64,000 nucleotides of DNA from Candidatus Hermodarchaeota archaeon. GTDB taxonomy: Archaea > Asgardarchaeota > Lokiarchaeia > Sigyniarchaeales > SOKP01. The notes beneath the pieces are model-generated. The model did no database searches. It was given only the letters and a program-made list of their open reading frames with translations, and was not told where the DNA came from. The first letter of the stretch is position 1. Each line of letters opens with the position of its first letter. The stretch is taken from NCBI GenBank assembly GCA_048885525.1, contig JBHLLP010000012.1, positions 24,785 to 88,784 on the forward strand. Reading direction: 5' to 3'. The position numbers and the translations under genes are program-made. Shown here in pieces: positions 9,561 to 19,101 of this stretch.

Positions 9561-11153
9561 TTAATCTAAGCCTGCAGGTTTACTACCTTTAGCACTTATT
9601 ATTCTATCAACTCTTAAGATTAAATTGGCCAGCTCGCTCCCAGATTTAATAATGTGATTTATTAATTCCGCTGGTTCAACAATTCCTCTTTGAAAGTTAT
9701 CTCCTATCGTGTTAGTAATAGTATCAATGCCAATCCATTTATCATCTATTGTTTTATGCGATGCTCTTAATTCTGTTAACATTTCTATTTCTTCTAATCC
9801 AGCATTTTTGATTAAAGTTTTAGGTATTTCTTCAAGTGCTAAGGCAAAAGCATTTACAGCAAGTTGTTCTTTACCACTAATTTCATTCGCATATTCTCTT
9901 ATTCTTTTGGCAAGTTCAATATATATTGCTCCTCCTCCAGCAACAACAGTTTTTGTATCAATTATTTTAGCGATAACTGACAACACATCGTTCAGAGAAA
10001 CTTCAGCTGTACTTAGAATCTTATCAAGACCACCTTTGAGTAAAATTGAAACAGATTTAGGATTTTTACATTCTGAAAATAATGTATATTCATCATCTCC
10101 TAATTTTTCAAAATGGATTTTTGCAGCAAATCCTAAATCATCTTCTGAAAGCGAAGTTAAATCATCTACAAGTTTTGCTCCAACAGCTTTTAGTATCGAT
10201 TTATAATCACTTTCACCAACATTTTTAATACCAGCAATACCTTCTCTTGCTAAATAAGCACCAAATTTATCTGAGATATCACTACTATTAACAACCATAT
10301 TGACCCCAAGATTCTTAAAGATCTTCAAATAATCCATTAGTATTTTGTCTTCTTGATCGAGAAATTTTTGAATTTCAGAGGGACTAGAAATTCGAACCTG
10401 AGCATCGAATTCTGTTTTTTTAACATCTAACTTGCGTCGAATAACAGCGATTTTTGCGTTTTTTATAGTATCTGGCATCATCGAATTTACTTTTTCTTTT
10501 TGAGTATATACTCCATTAATCAATTCTGTTTCTCTAAGGGATTTACCTGGAGCTTTTACGATTTTTACATTGCTAACTTTTGCAAATGTATTTCCCTTAT
10601 CATCAGCTATATGTTTAATTGCTTTTAAAGCAAGATTGGCAAAGAAATCTTTTAATGGAGCAATATCTTTGGCATTCATTGCAGTTTTGGCAGCATTTTT
10701 AAGAAGATTATCATCATCACTCGATATTTTTGCCGCAATTTCTTTAATAATTGAAAGGGCTTTATCTCCTGCTAATTTATATCCATGAGTAATAGGTTTA
10801 GGATGAATATCTTGTTCAATCAATTCTAAAGCATTATTTAGTAAAGCAGCAGAAAAAATTACGGCAGAAGTAGTACCATCACCAATATCTTCATCAATTG
10901 ACTTTGCTACATTAACCATCATATTCGCAGCTATATTTTCAATGTCAAGATTCTTCAAGATTTCTGCTCCGTCATTAGTAATGGTAACATCTCCCATAGA
11001 ATCAACGAGCATCTTTGACATGCCTTTTGGGCCAAGAGTAGACCGAACAGTCTCCGCAATTGCAACCATTGCTGTAATATTCTGCTTTCGAGCTTCTCTC
11101 TCACGAACTTCCTCTGTTCCTTCTTTTAAAATAATTATTGGAACATTACTCAA
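9561..11153 (-). CDS. Thermosome (group II chaperonin) subunit
   Basis: STLGPKGM, ITNDGA, GDGTTS, VAGGGA, LILRVD. TTG start preceded by an AGGTGA SD-like sequence. Confidence 0.95.
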   Translation of the reverse strand: MSNVPIIILKEGTEEVREREARKQNITAMVAIAETVRSTLGPKGMSKMLVDSMGDVTITNDGAEILKNLDIENIAANMMVNVAKSIDEDIGDGTTSAVIFSAALLNNALELIEQDIHPKPITHGYKLAGDKALSIIKEIAAKISSDDDNLLKNAAKTAMNAKDIAPLKDFFANLALKAIKHIADDKGNTFAKVSNVKIVKAPGKSLRETELINGVYTQKEKVNSMMPDTIKNAKIAVIRRKLDVKKTEFDAQVRISSPSEIQKFLDQEDKILMDYLKIFKNLGVNMVVNSSDISDKFGAYLAREGIAGIKNVGESDYKSILKAVGAKLVDDLTSLSEDDLGFAAKIHFEKLGDDEYTLFSECKNPKSVSILLKGGLDKILSTAEVSLNDVLSVIAKIIDTKTVVAGGGAIYIELAKRIREYANEISGKEQLAVNAFALALEEIPKTLIKNAGLEEIEMLTELRASHKTIDDKWIGIDTITNTIGDNFQRGIVEPAELINHIIKSGSELANLILRVDRIISAKGSKPAGLD

Positions 11154-11379
11154 TTTTTTTTTTCACCTATAAATTTGATTTAAGATCTAAAAATTACTTT
11201 AAATAGATCTCTATGTCATAAAAATTTTATCAAATTTCTTTGAAATTTTGAACAACTTTAAATACGAAACCTATTAATCAGGAATTCTAATTGAAATTTT
11301 TCTAAACTTTTATATAGTTCTCAAAATAAAATATATTGATCTTAGTAGTTCATTATAATTTTTTCAGAGTTGATTCTTC

Positions 11380-11838
11380 ATGAAAAAGGAGAAAGTTCTT
11401 GACGAAATCGATAGAAATATCCTTAGAATATTACAAAACGATGCTCGTACAAGCTATAGGGAAGTTCAAGATCAATTAGGTATATCAATCGGTACAATAC
11501 ATAATAGGATTTCAAAGCTCAAAAAAAGAGGAATCATCGAGGGATACACTTTAAAGCTTAATAATGAGAAACTTGGTTATAAACTTTCTTTTTTGATAAG
11601 AATTAACTGCGATGGCAAATTTACTGAAGAGATACTTAATGAAATTGCTGAAATACCTGAGGTATGTAGCGTTTTCCATACAACTGGAGATCAATCTGCT
11701 GCTTTAATTTGCAGGTTTAAAGAATCAGCAGATGTACATAGTTTCATTAGAGAATTAAACCAAAAAGAATATATTACGAGAACAAATTCCAATATGATCC
11801 TTAAAGAGTATAAAAACGCTTCTTTTGTGCAAATTTAG
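11380..11838 (+). CDS. Lrp/AsnC family transcriptional regulator
   Basis: LDEIDRNILRILQNDAR wHTH plus C-terminal RAM domain (TTGD). Confidence 0.92.
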   Translation: MKKEKVLDEIDRNILRILQNDARTSYREVQDQLGISIGTIHNRISKLKKRGIIEGYTLKLNNEKLGYKLSFLIRINCDGKFTEEILNEIAEIPEVCSVFHTTGDQSAALICRFKESADVHSFIRELNQKEYITRTNSNMILKEYKNASFVQI

Positions 11839-11999
11839 TCATTCTAAAAAAATTTTAACATTGAAAATTTTTTAGATATTATTTTCTTGATTATTTCTAA
11901 GATTATCAGTTTTTATACTTTTTATTTTGAAATGAAATCAAAATTTATTATGCTAGATATATTTCTATTATTATCAAACATTAACTGTAGGAGAAAAGC

Positions 12000-13100
12000 A
12001 TGACTGAGGATTTCAAAATAGATCCGTGGGGGGCTACTTCACTTGAGGAGGAAGATTACTCTAGATTAATAAAAGAATTTGGTATCAATGAAATAACAGA
12101 ATCTCTTAGACAGAAAATGATCAAAAATAGATTTGTAAGGAGGAAGATCATCTTCGGCCATCGTGATTTAGGTCTTATTTATAAAGCTATAGAAAAAGGC
12201 CAACCCTGGGCAGTAATGAGTGGCATTAAACCTTCTGGGCCATTTCACTTAGGTACAGCAACTACAGCCTTAGAGATTGTTGAATTTCAGAAAATGGGAG
12301 GTAAAGCTTATTATGGAATCGCAGATATTGAAAGTTGGGAAGATAATGGAATACCATGGGAAGAAGCAGAAGAAACCGCGGTAGATAATATTGCTGATAT
12401 ATTGGCTCTAGGTTTGGATCCGTCTCCAGAAAAAGCATATATTTGGAGACAATCAAAAGAGCCAAAAGTAAAAGACATTTGTTTTAAGGTTAGTAGACTA
12501 GTTACCCAAAATATGTTGACCGCTATTTATGGCGAGCGGACATTTGGACTTTACATATCTTCTTTAATACAAGTAGGAGATATCGTACTCCCCCAAGTAG
12601 TAGAAGGACCTCAACCAACTATAGTACCTGTAGGAATAGATCAAGATCCTCATATTCGTCTAACTAGAGATTTAACTCGTAGAAATTACAAGAATTTTTT
12701 TTTACCAGGGGCAACATATCATTATTTATTAGCAGGAATTGATGGTTCAGAAAAGATGGCTAAGAGAAGCCCTAACAGTTATTTTACATTCAATGAATCG
12801 CTTGAGTCAATTGAGAGAAAAGTTAAGGGTGCTTTAACTGGAGGTAGACGAAACTTAAAAGAGCAACGTGAATTAGGCGGTGAACCTCAAAAATGCATGG
12901 TCTATAAAATGTTAATGTATCATTTTGAGGAAGATGATGAAAAATTATCGAGAGATTTTGAAATGTGTGTGAAAGGAGAATTGATGTGCGGAGAGCATAA
13001 ACAAGAATGCGTTGAGAAAGTTCTGAAATTCATAGAAAACCATAGAATGAAAAAAGAAAAACTAATAGATAAGGCAAAAGAAATTTTAAATATTGATTAA
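12000..13100 (+). CDS. trpS: Tryptophanyl-tRNA synthetase (archaeal/eukaryotic type)
   Basis: IDPWG, IIFGHRD, PSGPFHLG, PVGIDQDPHIRLTRD, KMAK, ALTGGR. Confidence 0.95.
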   Translation: MTEDFKIDPWGATSLEEEDYSRLIKEFGINEITESLRQKMIKNRFVRRKIIFGHRDLGLIYKAIEKGQPWAVMSGIKPSGPFHLGTATTALEIVEFQKMGGKAYYGIADIESWEDNGIPWEEAEETAVDNIADILALGLDPSPEKAYIWRQSKEPKVKDICFKVSRLVTQNMLTAIYGERTFGLYISSLIQVGDIVLPQVVEGPQPTIVPVGIDQDPHIRLTRDLTRRNYKNFFLPGATYHYLLAGIDGSEKMAKRSPNSYFTFNESLESIERKVKGALTGGRRNLKEQRELGGEPQKCMVYKMLMYHFEEDDEKLSRDFEMCVKGELMCGEHKQECVEKVLKFIENHRMKKEKLIDKAKEILNID

Positions 13101-13113
13101 TAACTTCTAAATC

Positions 13114-14037
13114 TTATATTAATTGTTCTAAAATCTTAACCAAACTATCAAGAAAAACTGGGAACTTTTCAAAGAATTTTTCTTTATATTGGTCTTTAAG
13201 TACTGCTGAAATGAAAAACGTGTCATTTTTAATTTTCTTTTTTAGTAGATATGAAAAGAGCTTACCTTCAGTTGAGGTAAAATCAAAATTTCCTTCATAT
13301 TTTTCCTCTTCCATCCGTTTAAGTAAAAAGAGATGCTCTTTAATGGATTCTAACAACTCAACATATACTTCGGCTTCTATATCGCTGTAATATTCAGAAA
13401 CAATAATTCCATTCCGATCGAATAAAATAAGAGCTTGACTTTGAAATATTTCTAAATAATATTCTAATAATTCTGAAAGCTCAAAGAATTTTTTATCAAA
13501 AACAGATAAGCCATATGAGACTAACTGAACGATCGAAATGATATCATAAATTGATGATTGTTGAAATAAAATATTGAAATTCGGATAATCATTCAAAATT
13601 TTTTTTCTTAATTTTTCAATATTAGCTAAAATTTTAACATCAGCTTTTAAATCTGGATCATATTTATGAAAAGTGATAATAATGGGGACATTCATTTCGC
13701 TTTTTTCAAAAAAACTTAGAATTGCATTTAAATATTCAAGTGAGTCATCAAATCGATCTGGATCTTGAATATCGATAACATAGATAAGTAAATCAGTAGC
13801 ATCAAAATACACATCTTGATAATTGACGTAAATCTCTCTATAAGTTTCTTGTCCTCCCATATCCCAGAATACAGTATTACTTTTTAAAAAATTCATCTTA
13901 TGGTATTCTACTCTAATAGTAGGTTTAAGTTGGACAATATCCTTTTCAAAATCATATTTTTTATCTAAGGCTGTTAAGATTGAAGTCTTTCCGGCGTTAT
14001 CAAGTCCTGAAATTATACACTTTAATAGACCTTCCAA
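13114..14037 (-). CDS. Arf/Rag-like small GTPase with C-terminal roadblock/longin-like extension
   Basis: GLDNAGKT, PTI, WDMGGQ, HKYD; about 130-aa C-terminal domain (LILFDRNGIIVSEY). Confidence 0.85.
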   Translation of the reverse strand: MEGLLKCIISGLDNAGKTSILTALDKKYDFEKDIVQLKPTIRVEYHKMNFLKSNTVFWDMGGQETYREIYVNYQDVYFDATDLLIYVIDIQDPDRFDDSLEYLNAILSFFEKSEMNVPIIITFHKYDPDLKADVKILANIEKLRKKILNDYPNFNILFQQSSIYDIISIVQLVSYGLSVFDKKFFELSELLEYYLEIFQSQALILFDRNGIIVSEYYSDIEAEVYVELLESIKEHLFLLKRMEEEKYEGNFDFTSTEGKLFSYLLKKKIKNDTFFISAVLKDQYKEKFFEKFPVFLDSLVKILEQLI

Positions 14038-14351
14038 TTGTTTTCAGCTCTTATTTATTTTAGCAAATAGTTGAATTTAATAAAATAATAGATTCATTTA
14101 AATTTAAAGTTCTGGGAATAGCAAAAAGAGTTTTTCAAATTTAACCTTGAGATGACTTAAGATATTGTTTGCTATAATATCAAGGAAACATTCAAATATT
14201 ACTCTTATGTTTATAATTTCAATTTCTTGATGGAAATTACTAAAAGAATAATGATTTTAGAGTCATTTCGATGACATTTATATGATATTTATATTTTTTA
14301 AACCAGATCTATTGATTTTACTTAAGAATATAATTCATAAAAGAGGATGAT

Positions 14352-14588
14352 GTGTTTTTGATAGAAGTTGAAAATAAATTTTTAGAATTTTTAGAGTATC
14401 AAATTAGTCTAAAAGAAAATACTTATAAAACAATGAAAAAGATTCCAGTTTTCTCTGAGCAGGTGAAACAGTTAGATAAATCTGTTATTGACCTTACAGA
14501 AAAATTTGATAGAATTCGTCTTCGGGATAAATATCGGATAATCATAACAGAATTGGATAATTTAATAAAAAGCGCTAAATTAAAATAA
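14352..14588 (+). CDS. Hypothetical small helical protein
   Basis: 78-aa ORF filling an intergenic gap, with a GAGGA SD-like sequence upstream; no motif recognised. Confidence 0.45.
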   Translation: MFLIEVENKFLEFLEYQISLKENTYKTMKKIPVFSEQVKQLDKSVIDLTEKFDRIRLRDKYRIIITELDNLIKSAKLK

Positions 14589-14618
14589 ATTTAAATTTTT
14601 TTTTATATTCCTAAAATA

Positions 14619-15041
14619 TTACTCGCCAACAATCATACAATAGATTTTTCTTGATCTTGCTTTTTCATCGCATTCGATAAATATAATCTGCTGCCACGTA
14701 CCTAATATCAATTTTTGATTACTAAAAGGAAATACTTGAGATGTTTTAATTAAGAAACTACGTAAATGTCCAGCTCCGTTATAATCATGCCATGTTTCAT
14801 GATGCTTATAGCGATCATCATATGGTATAAGTTTTTCTAAAAGATTTTTGATGTCATACTTAACAAGACCTGGTTCGTATTCTACAGTAGAAATTGCTCC
14901 TGTGGATCCAGCTACATGCAAATTTACAATTCCGCTGTTTATTTGACTATCGCTTATGCATTGCTGAACTTGGTCTGTTATATTAATGACATCGCAATAG
15001 GCTTTAGACCTTAAATCAAAGGTTTTTAATACAACTGTCAT
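14619..15041 (-). CDS. yjbQ: YjbQ/UPF0047 family protein
   Basis: GSTGA, EYEPGL, YKHH, NGAGHLRS, LGTWQQI. Confidence 0.9.
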   Translation of the reverse strand: MTVVLKTFDLRSKAYCDVINITDQVQQCISDSQINSGIVNLHVAGSTGAISTVEYEPGLVKYDIKNLLEKLIPYDDRYKHHETWHDYNGAGHLRSFLIKTSQVFPFSNQKLILGTWQQIIFIECDEKARSRKIYCMIVGE

Positions 15042-15044
15042 TTT

Positions 15045-16088
15045 TTATTTCTTAAATCGCTCACATTTGTTTAAATTTTTAATTTGCTTTAATACTGATT
15101 TAGGTAAAGTATTTTGATTTCCCTCTTTTAACGCAAGTATTTTAGTTATGATAAGAAGTTCATTTTGATCAAATCCATCAATATTAGTCCATCCTGTCGA
15201 TTCTCCCGCTTCAATACATATAAAAAATGGGGCTTTTTTGCATTTCAAGCATCTGCTGTCCATACATTTCTTACATATTTTAGGATAATAATACACATTC
15301 CCATTTTTAAGGAAAATTGAAAATTGACCAAATTCTTTGTTATTAACTCTAAGCCAATTAGTAGATTCAAATTGAACGTCTAACTTTAAATTTAAAATAA
15401 ACTTAACTAATTGTTCTGTATTTATAGTTTGAGTGAGATTTGCATTGTGAGATTCAGGTTCATAATAATCATTACATTCATCACTTATATTAGAATGAGA
15501 GAAGAGAAGGTTTAAGGGAATAAAGTCGATTATGTAAACATTATCTATTTCTTTACATTTAGATTTTTTAAAAAAAAATGAACAAATTTGGTATAATATG
15601 TTTGAGGGTTTAGATATTTCATTAATTTCAATATTGTTTGATTTTATTAATGAGTTAAAATTCTCGTTATTAAAATACCTATTACTAATCTCAGCTTTTG
15701 TGGATTGCTCAAGAATTATGCAAAATATTATAGTAATTGATGGTAAACGGGTCTGGATTTCATTAAAATATTGTAGAATCTGATCTATTTTTGTTTCAGA
15801 TATGAATATTATTATAGCTTCAGCCCCATTGTAAAATACTGTACGCAAATAAGATCTCTGTTGTCTACAATCAATATTCCACAAAAGAAATTCAAATCTT
15901 TCATATTTTTTAAATAAATAATCAATTTTACTAATATTTACTCCAATGTTTACCTTATTTTCTAAAGGTAAGGAATTTGAACTTAATTTCTTTTGAAACT
16001 CATCTTTATAATTTTCCATCCCTCCAAGGATGCAGATTTTTTTTTTAATGAGGGGATTACTTAAAAGTGGAGTTTCTAATGAGCTCAT
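15045..16088 (-). CDS. Rab/Ras-like degenerate GTPase domain plus Cys-rich C-terminal region
   Basis: KKICILG, NIGVN, FLLWN, FYNGAEAIIIF resemble the Rab scaffold, but G1/G3/G4 are degenerate; tail CKKC..C..C..C. Confidence 0.65.
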   Translation of the reverse strand: MSSLETPLLSNPLIKKKICILGGMENYKDEFQKKLSSNSLPLENKVNIGVNISKIDYLFKKYERFEFLLWNIDCRQQRSYLRTVFYNGAEAIIIFISETKIDQILQYFNEIQTRLPSITIIFCIILEQSTKAEISNRYFNNENFNSLIKSNNIEINEISKPSNILYQICSFFFKKSKCKEIDNVYIIDFIPLNLLFSHSNISDECNDYYEPESHNANLTQTINTEQLVKFILNLKLDVQFESTNWLRVNNKEFGQFSIFLKNGNVYYYPKICKKCMDSRCLKCKKAPFFICIEAGESTGWTNIDGFDQNELLIITKILALKEGNQNTLPKSVLKQIKNLNKCERFKK

Positions 16089-16203
16089 TTTACAATCTTC
16101 TAATTAATAAAGAATTTAAGCTAAATCTATTAAATAATAAATTTATTTATGAATTTTAATTTATCTATCTAGCTTTCAACTATATCAACTTTTTGAATCA
16201 ACT

Positions 16204-16626
16204 ATGAGTAAAAGACTTGATGAATTTTATAAGAAAATACACAACCCGAAAAATTCCATTCCTGAGTATGCCAGTATAATCATTCGCCCGGGTAAAAAGT
16301 TAATCGACTTTAAAATTAGAAAAGAAGATGCTAATATCTTGAAAGTGATTGGCCATGAAGAGAAAAAAACTGGTTGGTTCCTACATTCTGTTCACATTCC
16401 ATTAAAAAACTTAGGTTTATCTGAGGATTCAAAAGATAAAGAAATATTAGAATATTTATCAGAACCTAGCAGAATTACAAGTAATAAAATAACTAAAGAA
16501 TACGTTGAAGATTTATTAAGGAAATATGTAGAAATTTTACCTGAAAAAAAGAAGCATTTCTTTAGAACTGAAAGGTTTAAGAAAAAGAGAGAGTTTAAAA
16601 CTGGGACTCAGTTAAAAGGCTTTTAA
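16204..16626 (+). CDS. Hypothetical protein
   Basis: 140-aa ATG ORF with no overlap; no motif recognised. Confidence 0.7.
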   Translation: MSKRLDEFYKKIHNPKNSIPEYASIIIRPGKKLIDFKIRKEDANILKVIGHEEKKTGWFLHSVHIPLKNLGLSEDSKDKEILEYLSEPSRITSNKITKEYVEDLLRKYVEILPEKKKHFFRTERFKKKREFKTGTQLKGF

Positions 16627-16959
16627 CTACTTTATTTTAGATCCAGGTGGAATTGGTTTCCTCTCATCGATTTTTAATAAGAATGGTTCGTTATTAAGAT
16701 CAACAGCAAGGAGCATACCTTGACTATCAAAATTCATAAATTTTCTTGGTTTTAAATTTGTTAACACAATAATCTTTTTATTAAGTAATTCTTCTATTGA
16801 ATAAAATGGTGCTATCCCAGTAATAATTTGCCTAAAGTTTTCTTCTCCACAATCTACCATTAATTTATAGAGTTTTTTTGATTTTGGTACTTTTTCACAG
16901 CTTTTAATTAATCCAACTCGAATATCCAATTTTGAAAAATCTTTATAATCAATTTCCAT
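16627..16959 (-). CDS. tRNA-binding OB-fold protein (Trbp111/CsaA/MetRS C-terminal-like)
   Basis: DFSKLDIRVG, KLYKLMVD, RQIITGI, NLKPRK, SQGMLLA. Confidence 0.9.
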   Translation of the reverse strand: MEIDYKDFSKLDIRVGLIKSCEKVPKSKKLYKLMVDCGEENFRQIITGIAPFYSIEELLNKKIIVLTNLKPRKFMNFDSQGMLLAVDLNNEPFLLKIDERKPIPPGSKIK

Positions 16960-16965
16960 AAATTT

Positions 16966-17832
16966 TCACTTTCTTAAGGGCATTCCATTCATATCTATCT
17001 TTTGATTTCCTATTGGCTTTTTTTCTCTATAGGGATTTCTTATATCATTAATTTTTCTACAAAAAGTTAAATACCCTGTATGACCAATCATTCTCACTTC
17101 TGGTCTTGTTGCATTTTCTTTTACTTGTATCTTTCTTTTTATTAATTCATAGGTATTTATCTCAATAAAATCATTTTTTTTCATTGATGAAACAGTCTTT
17201 TTAACTTGTTCAATTGTGGGTGAGAAAGATACCAAGGTACCACTAAATTTTAAATATCTCTTAACTTTTTCGATCACGTGCCAAGGAGTAGCTAAATCTA
17301 AAACAATAGCATCCACATTCTCGTGTTTTAGATTGTCTTTTACTAAATCTCCATAATTAATTGTTACTATATCTTCTAACTTTACTCTGACTACATTTGC
17401 ACTCGCTCTTTTAAGTGATTTTTCACTGATATCATATGAGTAAATATGCCCATTTGGACGAACATAATTACCCAAAATACATGTTAGAGCTCCAGAACCA
17501 CATCCCGCTTCAATAACAACACTTCCTGGTCCGATTCCTGAATAAAGTAAAATCATACCAGCATCTTTAGGATAAATAATTTGAGTTTTCCTAGTCATAT
17601 GAAGAATATAATCAGACGGTAACGGTTTTAGTACATAAAATTTATACCCTTGAGTTTCAAGAGGCTTTGAAAAGACTACTGATCCAAAATTCTTTCCAAT
17701 TATGTCATCGAACTCAATAATTCCTTTATGTGAATGAAAATTTTCACCGGGTTTCACCTGAACAAGCCATCGCCTTTTATCGTCAAGAATTAAAAAGATT
17801 AAGTCGTTCTCTTTAACAATTTCTGAGCCCAT
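16966..17832 (-). CDS. trmI: tRNA (adenine-N1)-methyltransferase TrmI
   Basis: RKTQIIYPKD, EAGCGSGAL, LDLATPW, SPTIEQV, MIGHTGYL. Confidence 0.93.
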   Translation of the reverse strand: MGSEIVKENDLIFLILDDKRRWLVQVKPGENFHSHKGIIEFDDIIGKNFGSVVFSKPLETQGYKFYVLKPLPSDYILHMTRKTQIIYPKDAGMILLYSGIGPGSVVIEAGCGSGALTCILGNYVRPNGHIYSYDISEKSLKRASANVVRVKLEDIVTINYGDLVKDNLKHENVDAIVLDLATPWHVIEKVKRYLKFSGTLVSFSPTIEQVKKTVSSMKKNDFIEINTYELIKRKIQVKENATRPEVRMIGHTGYLTFCRKINDIRNPYREKKPIGNQKIDMNGMPLRK

Positions 17833-18004
17833 TTTAAATGCAATCTTTTTTTATTTCTAAAGTATCTAAATCTTTAATTGGATATAAGAAGGCTTTCTTT
17901 TATTATTAATTTATTTACAAAAAATATATAAAAAATCTATAACTCTCAAATATATTAAACATATAAAAAAGCTTTTTCATAAATACTTTCTAATAAGATA
18001 AGTT

Positions 18005-18922
18005 ATGAGTAGAGAGAGACAGCATAATACTCAAACATCTCGAACATCTGTTAGATCCCTTCAGACTCAGATTGAAGATTTACGACAAAAAAGGGATGAA
18101 TTAAATAAGAAAACAAAGCAATTTATCAACGATCTCCAGAACATTGAAACTGAAATTGCAAATTCACTGAAAATCGCCAAAGAAAAACACAAAAAAAAAA
18201 GAGACTACTGGAATAATAAAGTTAAACAATTAAAGGAAAAGAAGATTGAGTATAAATCGCTATTGGATAAATTTGTAGAGGAAAAGAAAATTTTACAAAA
18301 ATCAGACGCTAAAGATCAAGAAAATACTCAAGTTCTCTCAATAAAACAAATAGAACGGAAAATAGATAATTTAGAGAGAAGAATTGAAACAGAAAAGCTT
18401 GATATTACTGAAGAAAATGCAATTATTGATAAAATAAGAGAATTAGCATCAATAAAACAAGAATATTTGTCAGAGCAAAAAAACACTGAAATTTTGAAAA
18501 TCGAGAGAAAAATAGAAATAGTTAAAATTAATCTGAATAAGATTTATGAACAATTAAATAAATGGTCAGATAAATCTCAAGAAAATCATGCAAAAATGCT
18601 ACAAGAGTTCCAAAACATTGATAAATTGAAGGAAGACAAAAAAAAACTGGAAGAAGAATTAATTGAAAATAAAAAAACTGCTGATCGATATCATGAACAA
18701 TATTTACTCGTAAAGAATCAAAGAAAGAAAATATATAAAGGTAAAAAACCTTATAGACCGATCAAAAAACCTCCACCAAAATTAGATCAAATTTCGAAAA
18801 AGAATGAAATGATAGAAAAGATTAAACAAGATAAATTAGCAACAGCATTAGAAAAGCAAAAAGCTGGAAAAAAATTAAATCTATTCGAAGCTAGGCTGAT
18901 TCTTGAGAAGTCTAAGGAATAA
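18005..18922 (+). CDS. Archaeal long coiled-coil protein (COG1340-like)
   Basis: Heptad-rich; KRDELN, IERKIDNLERRIET..L...EE, C-terminal GKKLNLFE. Confidence 0.75.
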   Translation: MSRERQHNTQTSRTSVRSLQTQIEDLRQKRDELNKKTKQFINDLQNIETEIANSLKIAKEKHKKKRDYWNNKVKQLKEKKIEYKSLLDKFVEEKKILQKSDAKDQENTQVLSIKQIERKIDNLERRIETEKLDITEENAIIDKIRELASIKQEYLSEQKNTEILKIERKIEIVKINLNKIYEQLNKWSDKSQENHAKMLQEFQNIDKLKEDKKKLEEELIENKKTADRYHEQYLLVKNQRKKIYKGKKPYRPIKKPPPKLDQISKKNEMIEKIKQDKLATALEKQKAGKKLNLFEARLILEKSKE

Positions 18923-19101
18923 TTACTTTTTTTATATTTGGATATTTTTTATATTCCTCCAATTTAAAGCAATTTTAATTAATTTCGTAATTTATTTAAA
19001 GATATCTTATCAAAAAATTAAGAGAGCTGAATAAGGTTTAAAAAAATTGTATATTTATTATTTAATTAACGTTTAAAAATAATGGAAAGGATTGATTAAA
19101 T

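Noticed and set aside
9709-11172. Plus-strand ORFs of 165, 72 and 76 aa opposite the thermosome gene
   Set aside because: Antisense shadows caused by codon bias of the real gene.
18005-18922. Coiled-coil protein as an ESCRT-III, SMC or intermediate-filament homologue
   Set aside because: No ATPase, hinge or Snf7-specific pattern; fits the widespread archaeal coiled-coil family.
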